DNA from: the human T2T-CHM13v2.0 reference genome, Homo sapiens
Length of the DNA stretch: 64,000 nucleotides
Strand: one strand, 5' to 3'
Assembly (NCBI RefSeq): GCF_009914755.1
Contig: NC_060925.1
The translations under genes were made by a program, and so were the position numbers. Within the stretch, counting starts at the first letter, position 1, and every line of letters starts with the position of its first letter. Shown here piece by piece: positions 24,671 to 37,259 of the stretch. The notes under the pieces are model-generated. The model searched no databases and was not told where the DNA came from. It saw nothing but the letters and a program-made list of their open reading frames with translations.

Positions 24671-25359
24671 AGAGTGCCCTGGTCATTATCTTTTCTTTCT
24701 TGGACTGGTATCTGAAGTCTCCTCACAGCCACAAATGAATCCCTGTTTTCCTCTTAACCAGCACTAGAAAAGCAGAATGGCACGGGGTGTGCTTGAGATA
24801 ACCATGAAAAGTGGACTTGCATTTTCAAATGCAGTAAAGTTCCACCACAGTGATACTCGCTAGCTAGGTCCAGTAAATACTGCTTAACTTAGTAGAAAAG
24901 CTCCAGCCCAGCTCTGGTACACTGAAATACTCAGGATCAGAGGGCTAGGCATGGTTCAGTCTATTTACTTTTCATGGGAGAAAGAAGTGATTAGGTAATT
25001 TGTAATAAATTCCTCAGCTATGCAGAATTTCTGCAGAGGCACTATTAATTTGATTAATAAGGAAGAAGCCATCTGACATTTCCTTTTGGTGTGCCATTTA
25101 TTCTCATAAGCTCTGCGTGGTTTTGAACCAGGGGTGGTAGGAGAGCATTTTCAGGGTGTTCTAGGCCTGTAACAAAATTGCTTAAGCAACTAGACTGATT
25201 TCTTTCGTGCTGGGAGGTCATTTGCAATGGAAAGATTTTCCTGTTGTCACTTCTGCTGTTTTGGTTGCCAGAGGCCATCTGATCTGAAAAAGGCATGGGC
25301 AAATTATTCAGCCTGGCCTACAAAATTCCCCATGAGCTGGCCTGGTCTTGTCATTACGT

Positions 25360-25510
25360 TGGAGTTACTGACCTCTTAGGGCAGACAATTATGTGGTGTG
25401 GAGAGCTGTCTTGTGTATTTTAGGATATTTTACAGCCCAAACAAATCTATCTCTAGACATTTCCAAAGGTCAGCTGGGGGGCAAAATTGCCCCCAGTTGA
25501 GAACCACTGC
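25360..25510 (-). mobile_element. MER20 (hAT-Charlie)
   Basis: agacatttccaaaggtcagctggggggcaaaattgcccccagttgagaaccactg matches the MER20 terminus. Confidence 0.85.
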
Positions 25511-26290
25511 AGTAGACTATTGAGTTCCTTGAGGATGTGGACTCTGTATTGTTCTCAGTGTTATTCCCAGAGGCTATCACGGTGCCTGACACATAGTAGG
25601 CACTTTATGCCCTTTGAATGAATGTAGCATAGAGCCCAGGGTCATGTTCTGCTAGGCTTCCTCTATACAACACACTCTTCCTTATTGGTACCCAGTGCTT
25701 TCCTTTCTTACCTCTGTGTCTTGACTCTTCCACCTAAACTGTTTTTCTTCTTCCATCTTCATGTATTCAGAAGGCATCTTGATGCCTTCAAGATTTTTTT
25801 CCTTCAAGGTTCTGTTCAAACACCATCTTAACCAAAGCTATCCCTGATCACCCAGATGGAATAAATCTCAGTATCTCCTGGCCTCCCTAAGACTTGTTAT
25901 CTCTATTTCTTTTATGATATCCAACTCTTTATGGGCAAGGTAATATAATCTAGTAGATAAGAGATCAGACTCTGAATTGGAATTACAGTTCCATCCTTTA
26001 CTGCCAGTAAAACTAAGGAAAAGTGACTTATCCTTCGTCTCTGAGAGTATTTCCTCATGGGTAAAATGCAGGTAACAACAATTACCTGCAGGGATTAAAT
26101 GAGATAATGTATTTAATGGCCATGGCTAAGTTCCTGGCATTTAGGAATGAGTAGCTGTTATTATTATTCTCACTTTGGAATGGAAGTTTCCTACAGACAA
26201 AACCAAGTTAATGTTCATCCTTGTATCTCCAGTTTCAAGGTCAATGCCTGATAAATAGTAGGTACTCAATAACTCTATTCATGCACAAAC
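25511..26290 (+). mobile_element. L2 3' fragments with an embedded MIR (about 25940-26170)
   Basis: gtgcctgacacatagtaggcac...tgaatgaat; gggattaaatgagataatgta; gcctgataaatagtaggtactcaataa. Confidence 0.7.
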
Positions 26291-26869
26291 AAAGTTGACA
26301 CTTCAAGCTGGAAAATTCTCCAGGACAGTAGAGTCATGGGCTCTTTCTGTGAAAGAGGAGAAGAAGCCTACTCTGAGCTCCTCATTTTACATAAGGAAAA
26401 AATGAAGGCCAGAGGATAAAAATGGCTTGTCCACAGCCGCACAAGGTAATAGAAGTCAAAGTCACGTGCCAGCTAGGCCTGCTACCCTCCTAACTACCAC
26501 AGACCACACTCCTTAGAAGTCCAATGGAGTCTCCCTCTCTCCTGTTTGCAAAGTGGTGACGAGAGAAACTTGCTTCAGCATGTGGGAAAGCTAATTAGAG
26601 CTAATTTATTACTTCTCTCAGAACTAGGATGCTGGGTAGAATCTGTTGGAGGTCTGTGCTGCAAAGAGAAATGCTCTTGATTATATTTACACATCTGATT
26701 TGAGAAGTACATGGAAACCTAATCATAACTATCATAACATGTTCACTGACTCTCAGTATACTTATCCTGGCTGCATGAGAAGTTTTCCAAGGTGCAGCTT
26801 GGGCTGCATCTTTTTCAATTAAGTTCTTCCCGGACTATGTCAAACTCTCTCTGAAGCTGTCTGGAGGAA

Positions 26870-27870
26870 TGGACAATGTGCTGGAGTTAGGCAAATTGGA
26901 TGAGTTTTGGAAAAATACTTACCCTCTCTGAGCCTCTGTTTCCTCCTCTGTATAATGGGGGCAATCATACCTACCTTGCAGGTTTGATATGAGGATGAAA
27001 TATACTATATCTAAGTGGCATATGCAAGGCCAGGTGCATACAGGAGGCATACATTAAATATTAGGCCCCTCAATAAATGTTAGCCTAGACCTATGTGTAT
27101 GTCTAGGTATTTGCTGTGGAAAACTCTGGTCCTGTCCGTGAGTGCCAACACATCTTCAGCCTCATTCTAGGCTCTGCACTTGGGGCTGCATAGAGTTATG
27201 GGGCCAGCCTAATAGGGAGGTGGCTGGAATACAACTAAGAAGCCGTTTTATTGGAGAATGATGGAGGAAGCATTTAATGTGATGGGTGGAAAGACAATGG
27301 ACTTAGGCATTACATAGACTTGTACTGGAATCTCAGCTCTAGCACTTTCCACTACAGGATCTTGGGAAATTCACTTAACCTCTCTGAGCTTAGTTTTCTC
27401 ATCTGCAATATGGGCAGGAGTAATCAACTCACATAGCTGTTATGAAAAATGAATTTATATTATGCATATAAGAATGCACAGTATATAGTAAGAGCAAAAT
27501 AACTGAGCATGATGAGGCAGAGGCTGGTCCCAGATTCTGCTAGGCATACAGCACATACTCAGTAAATGTGCTAAATGAGTAAATGATTTGGACAAAATTT
27601 ACTATAATCTGGAATGAATGGGGAACAGAAAAGGACACTGGACTAGGAGACAGAACCATATCGGTTTGTATCCCAATTTGACAATTTGACAAACTCACAT
27701 CTTGCCAAGTCTCAATTTTCTCATCTGTAAAAGAGGGTGATCCTGATAAAGACAAAAGAGTTGACATTGGCAAGGAGAATTTATCAATTGCAAAGCAGAC
27801 TCTCATGATATTTGAAAAGCGTTTAGTATAGCACCCCAAAACAGTAAACCATTCAATAAATGGCTGACAA
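26870..27870 (+). mobile_element. Cluster of three MIR SINEs (about 26870-27080, 27280-27500, 27630-27870)
   Basis: ctctctgagcctctgtttcctcctctgtataatgggg; cacttaacctctctgagcttagttttctcatctgcaa; ctcaattttctcatctgtaaaa. Confidence 0.8.
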
Positions 27871-28037
27871 TAGCTTTAACAGATAATCATAAAGCACCTA
27901 AAAGTGCCAGCCATGGGCTTTCCTTGTGAACGAGATATACCAGGATCCCTGCCTCTTTGGAGGAGCAGCAGCAATATCACCCTCCTCCTCCTCATCACCA
28001 ATGAAGGGATTGGAAAGATAGGGGTGTGTATTCTCCA

Positions 28038-28143
28038 TCTAACATCTGATGACAGAAATGTCTTCTGATGTTGTGGGAATTATGTCTAACATCTGATGAC
28101 AGAAATAGATATAACTATCTAAGAGGTATAACTATCTAAGAGG
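28038..28143. repeat. Compound short direct, inverted and tandem repeats
   Basis: tctaacatctgatgacagaaat at 28038-28059 and 28085-28106; inverted copy tgtcttctgatgtt at 28059-28072; tataactatctaagagg x2 at 28110-28143. Confidence 0.9.
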
Positions 28144-28144
28144 T

Positions 28145-28460
28145 AATAATAGTTTCATGGGTATCTGGTGCTGTTTTAAATCCTTCAAGTGAATTGATTT
28201 ATTTAATTATCACATCAATCATATGAGATAAATGTTATTACTACATTGTACCCATTTTACAAATGGGAAAATTGAAGCCCAGAGAAATTATCTTTCCGAA
28301 GATCACACAGCTAGTAAGCTTAGAGCTGGGTTATTTAAACCAGGTCATCTGATTGTAGAACCTGCGCATCAATCACTATGCTAAACTTCAGCAAGGTTAA
28401 GTGTCTTGCTCAAGGTCACATAGAAACCATGGCAAAGCTGGGATCCTAACAGGTTTTATG
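28145..28460 (-). mobile_element. MIR SINE fragments
   Basis: cccattttacaaatgggaaaattgaagcccagaga...gatcacacagctagtaag. Confidence 0.8.
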
Positions 28461-28789
28461 GACTCCACCTCTAACCCTTCTGGTTTATAAGCATCTAAAA
28501 GACAGTTTTGCTCTAGGTTTGTCAACAGCTTCACCTAAACACAAAGACAGCTTCTTCAAAAAGTAAAAATATGCAGCTTGCAACTGGTGGTCTTTTTATC
28601 AGAATTTTATAGAATCCTTCTGTGGTTTCCTTTTCCATATTTAGGAACTGAATTACATAACTGAGTGTATACATGTATGGGTATGTGTGTATAAAACTAT
28701 ATGCACTACAGGAGTGACAGCTCTCCTAGATCACTTCCTTTCTCTGTGCTCAAGATGTAAGTTTATTTGTTCATTCAACAGACACCAAA

Positions 28790-29010
28790 GTGTAGGGTAT
28801 CCAGTCAGACTCTGCTATTTAGGGGACTGTGACTTGGAGCAGGTATTGTATAGTCTCTAAGCCTTAGCTTCCTCATCTGTAAAATGGAGTTAACAATTGT
28901 ATATATCATAATCTACACTGTAGGATTCTTATGATAAAATGAAATGAAATGCTTATCAGAATGCCAGATGTAGATGGCAATCAAATACTTTAAAAGTTAT
29001 TATTATTAAT
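28790..29010 (+). mobile_element. MIR SINE
   Basis: gccttagcttcctcatctgtaaaatggag. Confidence 0.75.
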
Positions 29011-29039
29011 AGTTAAATACTATAATAGAAGTCTAGCAC

Positions 29040-29402
29040 TCTTATGATCTGAATGTATATGTTTTCCTAAAACTCATGTGTTAAAACCTAATTTCCAATG
29101 TGATGGTATTAAGAGGCAGGGACTTTGGGACATAATTAGCTCATGGAAGTGGAGCCCTTATGAACAGAATTAGTGCCCTTATAAAAAGAGGCCACAAAGA
29201 GACTCCTCATCCCTTCTCCCACGTGAGGACACAGTGAGAGGTATATCTATGAACCAGGAAGTAGATACTCATCAGACACCAAATCTGCTGAAGCCTTGAT
29301 CTTGGAATTCCCAGCCTTTAGAACTGTGAGAAATAAATTTCTGTTGTTTATAAGCTATTAAGTTTTGCTATTTTGTTATAGCAACTCAAATGGACTAAGA
29401 TA
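29040..29402 (+). mobile_element. MLT1A0-like MaLR solo LTR
   Basis: tatgatctgaatgt...aatgtgatggtattaagagg...agaactgtgagaaataaatttctgttgtttataagc...atggactaagata. Confidence 0.9.
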
Positions 29403-29409
29403 ACTACCC

Positions 29410-30050
29410 ACTGGTCACTGTGCTTGGTTCTTTGAATGCAGCAAGAAATAGGGCCCATTCCTCATCTTCAAGGGGTCCGCAGTCCCCATTGGGAGAACAA
29501 CATGTAACGGACAGCTGGCCTTGGGTTTGGAGGTGCTGCTGTACCAGAGGGGTATGGTCAGTGTTGTGGAGCCCAGAGGAAGGATTGATTAATTCCTCAC
29601 TGACGGGAGTGTGAATAAGAAGATGATTTTGGATGTTCCATAGAGAAGGGATGTTTAAACCTGGACTTCATGTTTGGAAAGGGTTTGGAAAAGAAGAAAT
29701 GTGAAATGGGAAGTATGAAAAGGGAACTTGAAGTACAGAAAAAGGCTGAGCCAAAGCAGGGTGGTGTGATTGGGCCTGGATAGTTTCCAATGAGTAAACA
29801 CTTTCTGGGAGACTAGGTCTGGACTGGATGGTTAGAGAACAAGAGGCAAGAACTGAGCCCCCTGTTCTGATTTTTGTGTGATAGGACTCTACAGTGTTCA
29901 GCCTCCAGATGGAGACTGTAGAGGAATCTGAGATAAGATTCCTAAGTAAAGGAATCTAAGGCCAGATCATAAAGGGTCTTAGGTGTCAAGCTAAGGAGGT
30001 GAACTTTATCATATAAACAGGCAGGAGGAATTGACTGAAAAATCTCTTAA
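29410..30050 (-). mobile_element. Degraded L2 fragments
   Basis: cctcatcttcaagggg...ggagcccagaggaagg...ggccagatcataaagggtctt...gctaaggag. Confidence 0.55.
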
Positions 30051-30474
30051 TATCTATTGATCAATAAATTGAAAGACAAACAAAGATATATAAATATTAC
30101 TGAGATATCAATATTTATATGCATAAAGCTAACTCTATATTCTGTTGTCTTGTTCTTTTTTAAAAAATGAGTAGGGTGAGAGCAGGGTCTGCTTGCTCCT
30201 TATTCATCATCATAGCCACAGCACTTAGCAAGGTAACATTGAAAGAACTTGAAAAAACCTTGTACTGGAGTAGATGAATGAATAAGCTATAATCACTATC
30301 TTTTGATGTTTGCTGAATGAACCAATGAATTTACATCTTGAATGTAGAGGAAGCCAAGTAGTTTCACAAAGCAGGTGGCATTTAATCTTGAAATTGTAGA
30401 TGGGTACAATTTAGCCTTGCAGAAGTAAGTGATTACTGGTGGCGGGACCACATGTACAGAAAACAATCTCGCTG

Positions 30475-30730
30475 CCCAATGTATAGCAAAGGGTTGAAGA
30501 GCATAAATTCTGGAGCCAGAGTTCAAGTTCTAGCTCTGCCATTTAATAGCTGGGGCTCTACAGCATGTTTCTTAGCCCTCTGTGCCTCAGTTTCCTCATG
30601 GGGACAATAAGAGTATTCGTCTTATAGGATTATTGTATAGATGTAAAGTTCTTATCACAATAATACTATTTATGCACAGTTATTGTATATAAATACTGTA
30701 TATAATAGTATTTGCTATTATTAATACTAT
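30475..30730 (+). mobile_element. MIR SINE
   Basis: ctggagccagagttcaagttctagctctgccatttaatagctg...ctctgtgcctcagtttcctcat. Confidence 0.85.
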
Positions 30731-31301
30731 TATTGCTGGACTCTGAATGCCATTGGCAGACTGAACACTCTAGAGTCCTATCACACATAAATCAGTTCTT
30801 TCTTCATATATTATGTCTGAACAGTCTACATGAGTCTCTTTGACACAAGTCTCTGGTACAGATGAAGACCAGAGAGCTTGGGAGTCACTGCTGAAGAGAA
30901 GAGTGAATGAGTAAACAAAGGTAGATGAGGCAAAGAACATACCGAATGTCAGGATTCAGATGGGACTGCTGTATGATATTAATGAACACAGATATCTGGA
31001 GAAACCATGTCAAAGCTTTCCAAGAGAGACTGTGAACAGTACCTGGGGAACACCAAAAAGAGAGATGATAAAGAAGGGATGACAAGTCCCTGCAGGCCTG
31101 GACCAAGTGCAACACAGAACAAGCAACAAGACCAAAAGAAAGCAGTGTGTCTTGTTAAGTTTCTTTGCAAGGCTTTAAATCAGCTGTGGCTTCCTGGCAG
31201 GGTGAGGCAGGGCTCCAACCATTACAGGTTACCCAGAAGCCACCAGAGAAAAATGGAGAAGGAAAACCTTGAAGAATGAGCATCATCCCTGATGTGATGT
31301 G

Positions 31302-31315
31302 GTTGCCATAGAGAC
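31302..31315. promoter_or_regulatory. RFX-family X-box
   Basis: GTTGCCATAGAGAC (reverse complement GTCTCTATGGCAAC): one perfect GTTGCC half-site, AT spacer, variant second half. Confidence 0.4.
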
Positions 31316-32139
31316 CACTCTAGACGGTAGCCAGGAAGGGCAGTGCCTGTCCTCAGAGCAGTTAACAAGCTATTAGACCAAACATGAAGGTGCCAGCAGG
31401 TGAGTAGAATGAAGCTGCTACATCACAGCTGTCTGTTTGCTAAGATCAAACAGAGGAAGAAACAGCCATAAATCAGCCAGGCCACTGCAGCCATTGAGTC
31501 AAGTTCAGGGGAGCATGACAAGATTTCTAACCTGTGAGTCAAAGCCCTGGGACCACGTCCCAGAGGTAGATGCTCAGAAGAGTGATGGTCACATTTTCCC
31601 AGACTGGCTTGAGGGTTCAAACAAGGTTAAAACAGAACAAAACTGCACCACTAGCAAACATACAGACAGTAACTAAGAATGTGGGAAATGCAAGCTGAAG
31701 AGAGTGCAGGAAGGCAATAAATACAAGATTTCACAACGTGGTCCCAACATTCAGACAAAACTGAAGACACAGCAGGGATTTGTAGCAAGCAGGATACATG
31801 CTTCTAGAAACATTCACTGCTTAGTTTAAGATGGTGAACCCGGCTTTGAAACTTTCTCAGAGCAAGTGCTTTGGTTCTTCTGGACTGCCTCTTCAGGAAA
31901 GTGTCCAGAGAGGGCAAGCTCAACTACCTACTGAATCTCCAAACTAAGCACTGAAGATAATCCCTCCAGATGAACCATTTATTGTGTGGTTATGCCTGCT
32001 CTCTGAAGAGGTGTAAGGCCCCCTGGGTCCGCTCTGCCATCTACAAGTATGTCTATTTGCACAGATAGATGGTGACTTAATGCCCAAGTTCCTTATGTCT
32101 GGTTCTTGACTACCTGGAGCCCTACCTCCTGTCTCCCCT

Positions 32140-32572
32140 CTCACCTGAGCTATATTTAAAACATCACACCTTGCTGCCTTTGAACATGCTCTTTTTCAGC
32201 TTATAGCTCTTTTCAGCTCTTTTTCAGCTTAATCAATTTCTACCTTGCTCTACGACTCAGCTCAAGGGCCATCTCATTCATTCATTCATCCACTCATTCA
32301 TTCTTTCAACAAGAACTAAATGCTTCCCAAGTACCTGATACCTTCTGGGAGTCCTTCCTCTGTGCTTCCGTTATACCTGCACTTCCTGCTAATGAAACAT
32401 ACTGCTCTGGGACAGGATTGTTTATTAATGTGTGTCTAGCTCATTAGACTTTAGATTCCTTGAGGGCAGATTGTGTCTTGCTGACAGACTAGCATAGTTT
32501 TTAGAATTAAGCACATAGCAGGTACTCAATAAATAATTATTAAAGGATGAATAAAAGAATAAATGAATGAAC
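32140..32572 (+). mobile_element. L2 LINE 3' fragment
   Basis: gcctttgaacatgct...cattagactttagattccttgagggcag...gcacatagcaggtactcaataaata...aaatgaatgaa. Confidence 0.75.
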
Positions 32573-33878
32573 TGCATTTCAAATTCTATCCAGGTTGCCG
32601 TATTCTGAAGGGAATTCTCCAAGCCATCACGTTGGCCTGGGATGAAATGTTCTCATGTGCATTACTTAATAAAAAGAGATCTGGGTCAAATGAAAAATTT
32701 AAAGTCAATATGAAATTGATCCTCATCAGCACTTTCTCCTCCAAACATATAGACAAAAGGACATTTCTGAAACATATATATTAGTGTTGCATTTTCTGCT
32801 CCACAGACTCAGCGATCGTTGTCACTGCTAAGTCCAGCTCTCATTAATTTATGGGGCATCCAGCATAATCAGCAACAGGCTTCTTGGCAGCATAAATCAG
32901 TGACCAGCCTCGAATTTGGGAAAGTCTCTAAGCTGGAAACAGAAGAATTTTCTTTCTTGCTCTTTTTTGTTAGAAGTCACTGAGCACTATTTAAACTAAG
33001 CTCAAGACCTTTAGGCTGAATGTTCAAGGACCCACCAATTCATCAGCCAACCTGTCCTCTTCAACTGTGCAGGGAAAGAGAATATAGGCAACCATAACAC
33101 ATCTGGATAGTACCTTCTTAGGAACTCCTGTTGCATCTTTACTCAGTTTAGTAGCCATATAAATAACGATGTCCCCAGAAGGATAAAAAAAGGAGGCAGC
33201 TGAGGAGAAAAACAAAACTCCCACTGGAAGAAACACGATGATATGAAAAAGCCAGATGTATCAGGTGTGACAATCTTGTGCACAGTACCTGGCACACATA
33301 TGTGTTCATCACGTAAGGTGATTGTTGTGATGATCTGTTGAGGCTGGCTTCAGACAGAACTGGGAAAATGATTCAGGACTTCATGTTGAAGCAGCAGGGT
33401 GTGAAGTCACAGCGTCTCGGGCTGCATTTCCTTTTTTTCTGATTCTGTAGCGTTGCGCAGTGTCACAGCCCGAGTGCCCTCTCACCCAGACACATCTGAC
33501 GGTACCCTATAATCCCTTTGCCTTCTATTATTTTGCTTGGATATTTGTCTTAGAACATTTAGTTTAGGATTTTTCACGTTTCTCCTAGTTGACATGCAGG
33601 CTGGACATACAGTGGGCCTCGATTGCTTAGAAGCCAAACTGAACTCACCAAGAAAAGAAGACAGGAGAAACTTCTCAAGAGGAATATCTCCAAATTGCAG
33701 GTGAAGGTCACAGGGAGGAGATGCCTCTGGGCTAAAACTTCAGGTGGTCCTAGTAATGGTACTATGGGGATAGGGATAGGGATTGGAAATGAAGCATGGA
33801 GAGGATTATGAAAAGTTGCAGTGAGGAAGGGGCTTTATCCCAAAGTGCACCCCTCCAAACTTGGTGGGAAGGGTCTAG

Positions 33879-33935
33879 GTGTGTGTGTATATATGTGTGT
33901 GTGAATATGTATGTATAGATATATGTATACATGTG
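33879..33935. repeat. (TG)/(TA) compound microsatellite
   Basis: gtgtgtgtgtatatatgtgtgtgtgaatatgtatgtatagatatatgtatacatgtgt. Confidence 0.75.
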
Positions 33936-33949
33936 TTAAATACTTGAAA

Positions 33950-34100
33950 ATATGATTACATTTAGTGTCACAGTGATACTATAAGGAAGGTATTATTTCT
34001 TTTACAAATGAGGTTCAGAGTGGTTAAGACACATGCCCAAAGCCACAGAGCTGGTTATTAGAAGAGCCAGGACTTGAACCCACTGCCCCAGTTTTGAATT
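33950..34100 (-). mobile_element. MIR SINE
   Basis: gaggttcagagtggttaagacacatgcccaaagccacagagctgg...ggacttgaaccca. Confidence 0.75.
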
Positions 34101-34409
34101 TTTTAATCAGTTCAGTTGCCTAGTTTTGAAAGCCAACTAAAGTTAAGATTTGTACCCTCTGTCCCAGCTAAGGAAATTGTTGTGGGCGCCCTGAGTTTGC
34201 GTAAGTCTTGACCATTATGATACACTCTGTTCCCCACCCTGCAGCTCCCTCTCTGGATATGACACAATTCTAGGACATTCCCACACACACCCTTTGGCTG
34301 TTCCCACCTGAAGCACTTGGGATAATTCTCTCCATCCTGAGTCAGTCCTAGTCCAAAGTCATTCTTCATTCTGCTTCATCTTTTAAAAATCCTAATTGAT
34401 TTATTTTTT

Positions 34410-34721
<312 letters not shown>

Positions 34722-34733
34722 GATTTATTTTTT

Positions 34734-35330
34734 ATAATTACAAAAGTTACACATACTCATCACTGTATCAGATTTAGAAGAACAAAATATAAAGAGAAAA
34801 ATAAAAACCCTTATTATCCTGCTATGTAGAGAGGTTCACTCTTAATATCTTAACGCACTGTCTTTAGTCTTTTCGGGTGTCTATAATTACACACCTAAAC
34901 ATATGTTTGGAACAAAATTGGAATCCTGTTGTATATAAAGCTCTGAAGCCTATCTTTATGTCCATATGTCAATAACAACATGAAAAATTCTTTAGAAATA
35001 TGTTTTATTTAATGACTGCATTATTTAAGTGTGAAGAACTTCAGTAAAATCTTTTTCTTATTTTTGGAAATTTTGATTGTTTGCCTTTTGTCAACATTGC
35101 AAGTAACGTGGAAACAAATTTTTATTCACAAATTTTTGTTATTTCTATTTTTAGGATCGAATACCATAAGAGGAATTCTGGACTGAAGAGTTATGAAGTC
35201 ATTTCAGACACTTCCAGACAATTTGTGTTAATTAAATTCTCACTGGTTGAGTTCCATTCTACACTGGAAGAGCATTTTTCCTGGAAAGGCTCCTCAAAAT
35301 GGTAATAAAGGGTAATTCTTTTAGATGATC
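34734..35330 (-). mobile_element. Old L1ME-type 3' fragment
   Basis: ttataattacaaaagttacacatactcat...caaaattggaatc...tttaatgactgcat...aggaattctgg. Confidence 0.55.
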
Positions 35331-35394
35331 TTGCATTTGTTTGAATGGGAACTGAGCTTAATCAAACATGTTAGGAAGACTATGTCTGTTTCAC

Positions 35395-36010
35395 TTTTTA
35401 AAATTATTTTGGATGGACACAATAATTATATATATTTATGGGGTACAGAGTGATATTTTGACACATGTATACAATGTGTAATGGTCAACTTAGGGTATTT
35501 AGCATATTTCTCACCTCAAACATTTATTATTAATTTGTGTTGGGAATGTTTAAAATCCTTTCTATTTGAAATTATGCAATAAAATATTATCTATAGTCAC
35601 CCAACAGTGCTGTAGAACACTAGAACTTTTTTCTCCTATCTAGCTGTAATTTTGTATCCATTAACCAAATTCACTATTCCCTCCTCCCTCCATCCTTCCC
35701 AGCCGCTAGTAACCACAGTTCTACTCTCCACTTCTATGAAATAAGCTTTTTTAGCCCCCACATACGAGTAAGAACATGTGATGTTTGTCTTCCTGGGCCT
35801 GGATTATTTCATTTAATATAATGTCCTCCAGGCGTATCCATTTTCCTGTGAATGACAGGATTTTGTTCTTTTTTATGGTTGAATACTATTCCATTTTGTA
35901 TCTATATCTCATTTTTTATCCATTCATCTGTTGATGAACACTTAGGTTGATTCTGTCTTGGCTATAGTGAATACTGCTACAATAAACATGGGAGTGCAGA
36001 CATCTCTTCA
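35395..36010 (-). mobile_element. L1MA (L1MA5/6-like) 3' end
   Basis: atatttatggggtacagagtgatattttga...gtagaacactagaact...ctatctagctgtaattttgtatccattaacc...aataaacatgggagtgcagacatctctt. Confidence 0.9.
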
Positions 36011-36019
36011 TCTATGTCA

Positions 36020-36345
36020 TTTTTGTCCTGGGCACATAGCTAAGCTACATTTACATTCCCCTAACAATTAAATTGGGCCATATAACTGAATTCTGGCCAA
36101 TGGAATATGGGTGGAAGGGCTGTCTGCCATTTCCAGAAATGGTCCCTAAACATCTCCCAAGTATGATCTTCCTCTCTCTTTCCCCATCTTCAAAGACCTT
36201 AGAGGCCACATGTTGAAGATGATGGTGACACAGATAAGATGGGGAAACCTAGCTTTCTGAACGGTTGTATTAAGTATCATAATGAACTTTTTAAAATCAT
36301 GTTGTTGGTTAAGGCGACTAGCACTACTCATCCTAACAAATACAG
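36020..36345 (+). mobile_element. MaLR LTR (MLT1I/J-like)
   Basis: ggccatataactgaattctggccaatggaatatgggtggaag...gccacatgttgaagatg...cctaacaaataca. Confidence 0.75.
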
Positions 36346-37259
36346 TGAGTATGCGATTTACTCACTCAAGGGTCCCCAAACTAAGAAGCCTCAGATGGCA
36401 CTTTGTGTATCTAGCCATTAATCTGTGGTTGGCCAGCATGCCCTTTCACAGAGGCCTGTGGGGATCTGTAGCTCCTAAAAATCAAGCCTAGTTTTCAGCA
36501 CACAGTAGGGTTTATGTGGGTGTGGGCTTATGTGTATTTATGGAATGAATGAAACCTTACAAGAGCCCAGTGACTCCACCTGGCTGACACCTAAGCAGGA
36601 TTCACTCTGCCATTTGAAGAGGATCCTCCATTGGCCTCTGTCCCCTGCTGCAGTTAAGAGCTTCATCCCCAGAACAAGCCCATTGCAACTATATAAGGCA
36701 GCTGTACACTGCTTCCCCATCACAAAAGCCCAAACGCAGGGAACAGCCCTTCTGAACAGAGGCTGTTGCACAGAGGAAAGTGGAGTTTCCCAACACAGTC
36801 ATTTCTCTTCTCCTGCTGACGCTAATTACAGTTTGCTAAATGTAAACTGGTGAAACATTTCGCCCACCCAACAGTTCCAGAAATGGGCCCATTGTATTCA
36901 TAGTAACCTAGGAAGAGAAAGTTGTTCCTCCTTCTAAGTCTTTTGTCTGTTTCCCCCTCCCCCCTACCCCCCCTAGTACCTTTGGCAAACACAGAGAGGT
37001 ATGCTCATAGAAGAGGTGAGTTTGGAACTGCAAATCCTCCCAGCCTCAGGACCTCTCTTTTGGTTGCCTGCTCTGCTACAAAGCTGGAGATCTAAAGTGG
37101 AGGCGTGTAGAAGACACCGTCTGGCTGGTAGGGGGTCTAATTACATGTGTGTGCAGCCCTATGTGACAGTCTGGGAATGCAATTATACAACTAATTATAT
37201 TGAAACAACAAACTTGAGCTTCCACGAAGGGCCCCCGCCCATAGAACCATCATGTTGTC

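Noticed and set aside
25475-25497. GC hairpin ctggggggcaaaattgcccccag
   Set aside because: Intrinsic to the MER20 consensus.
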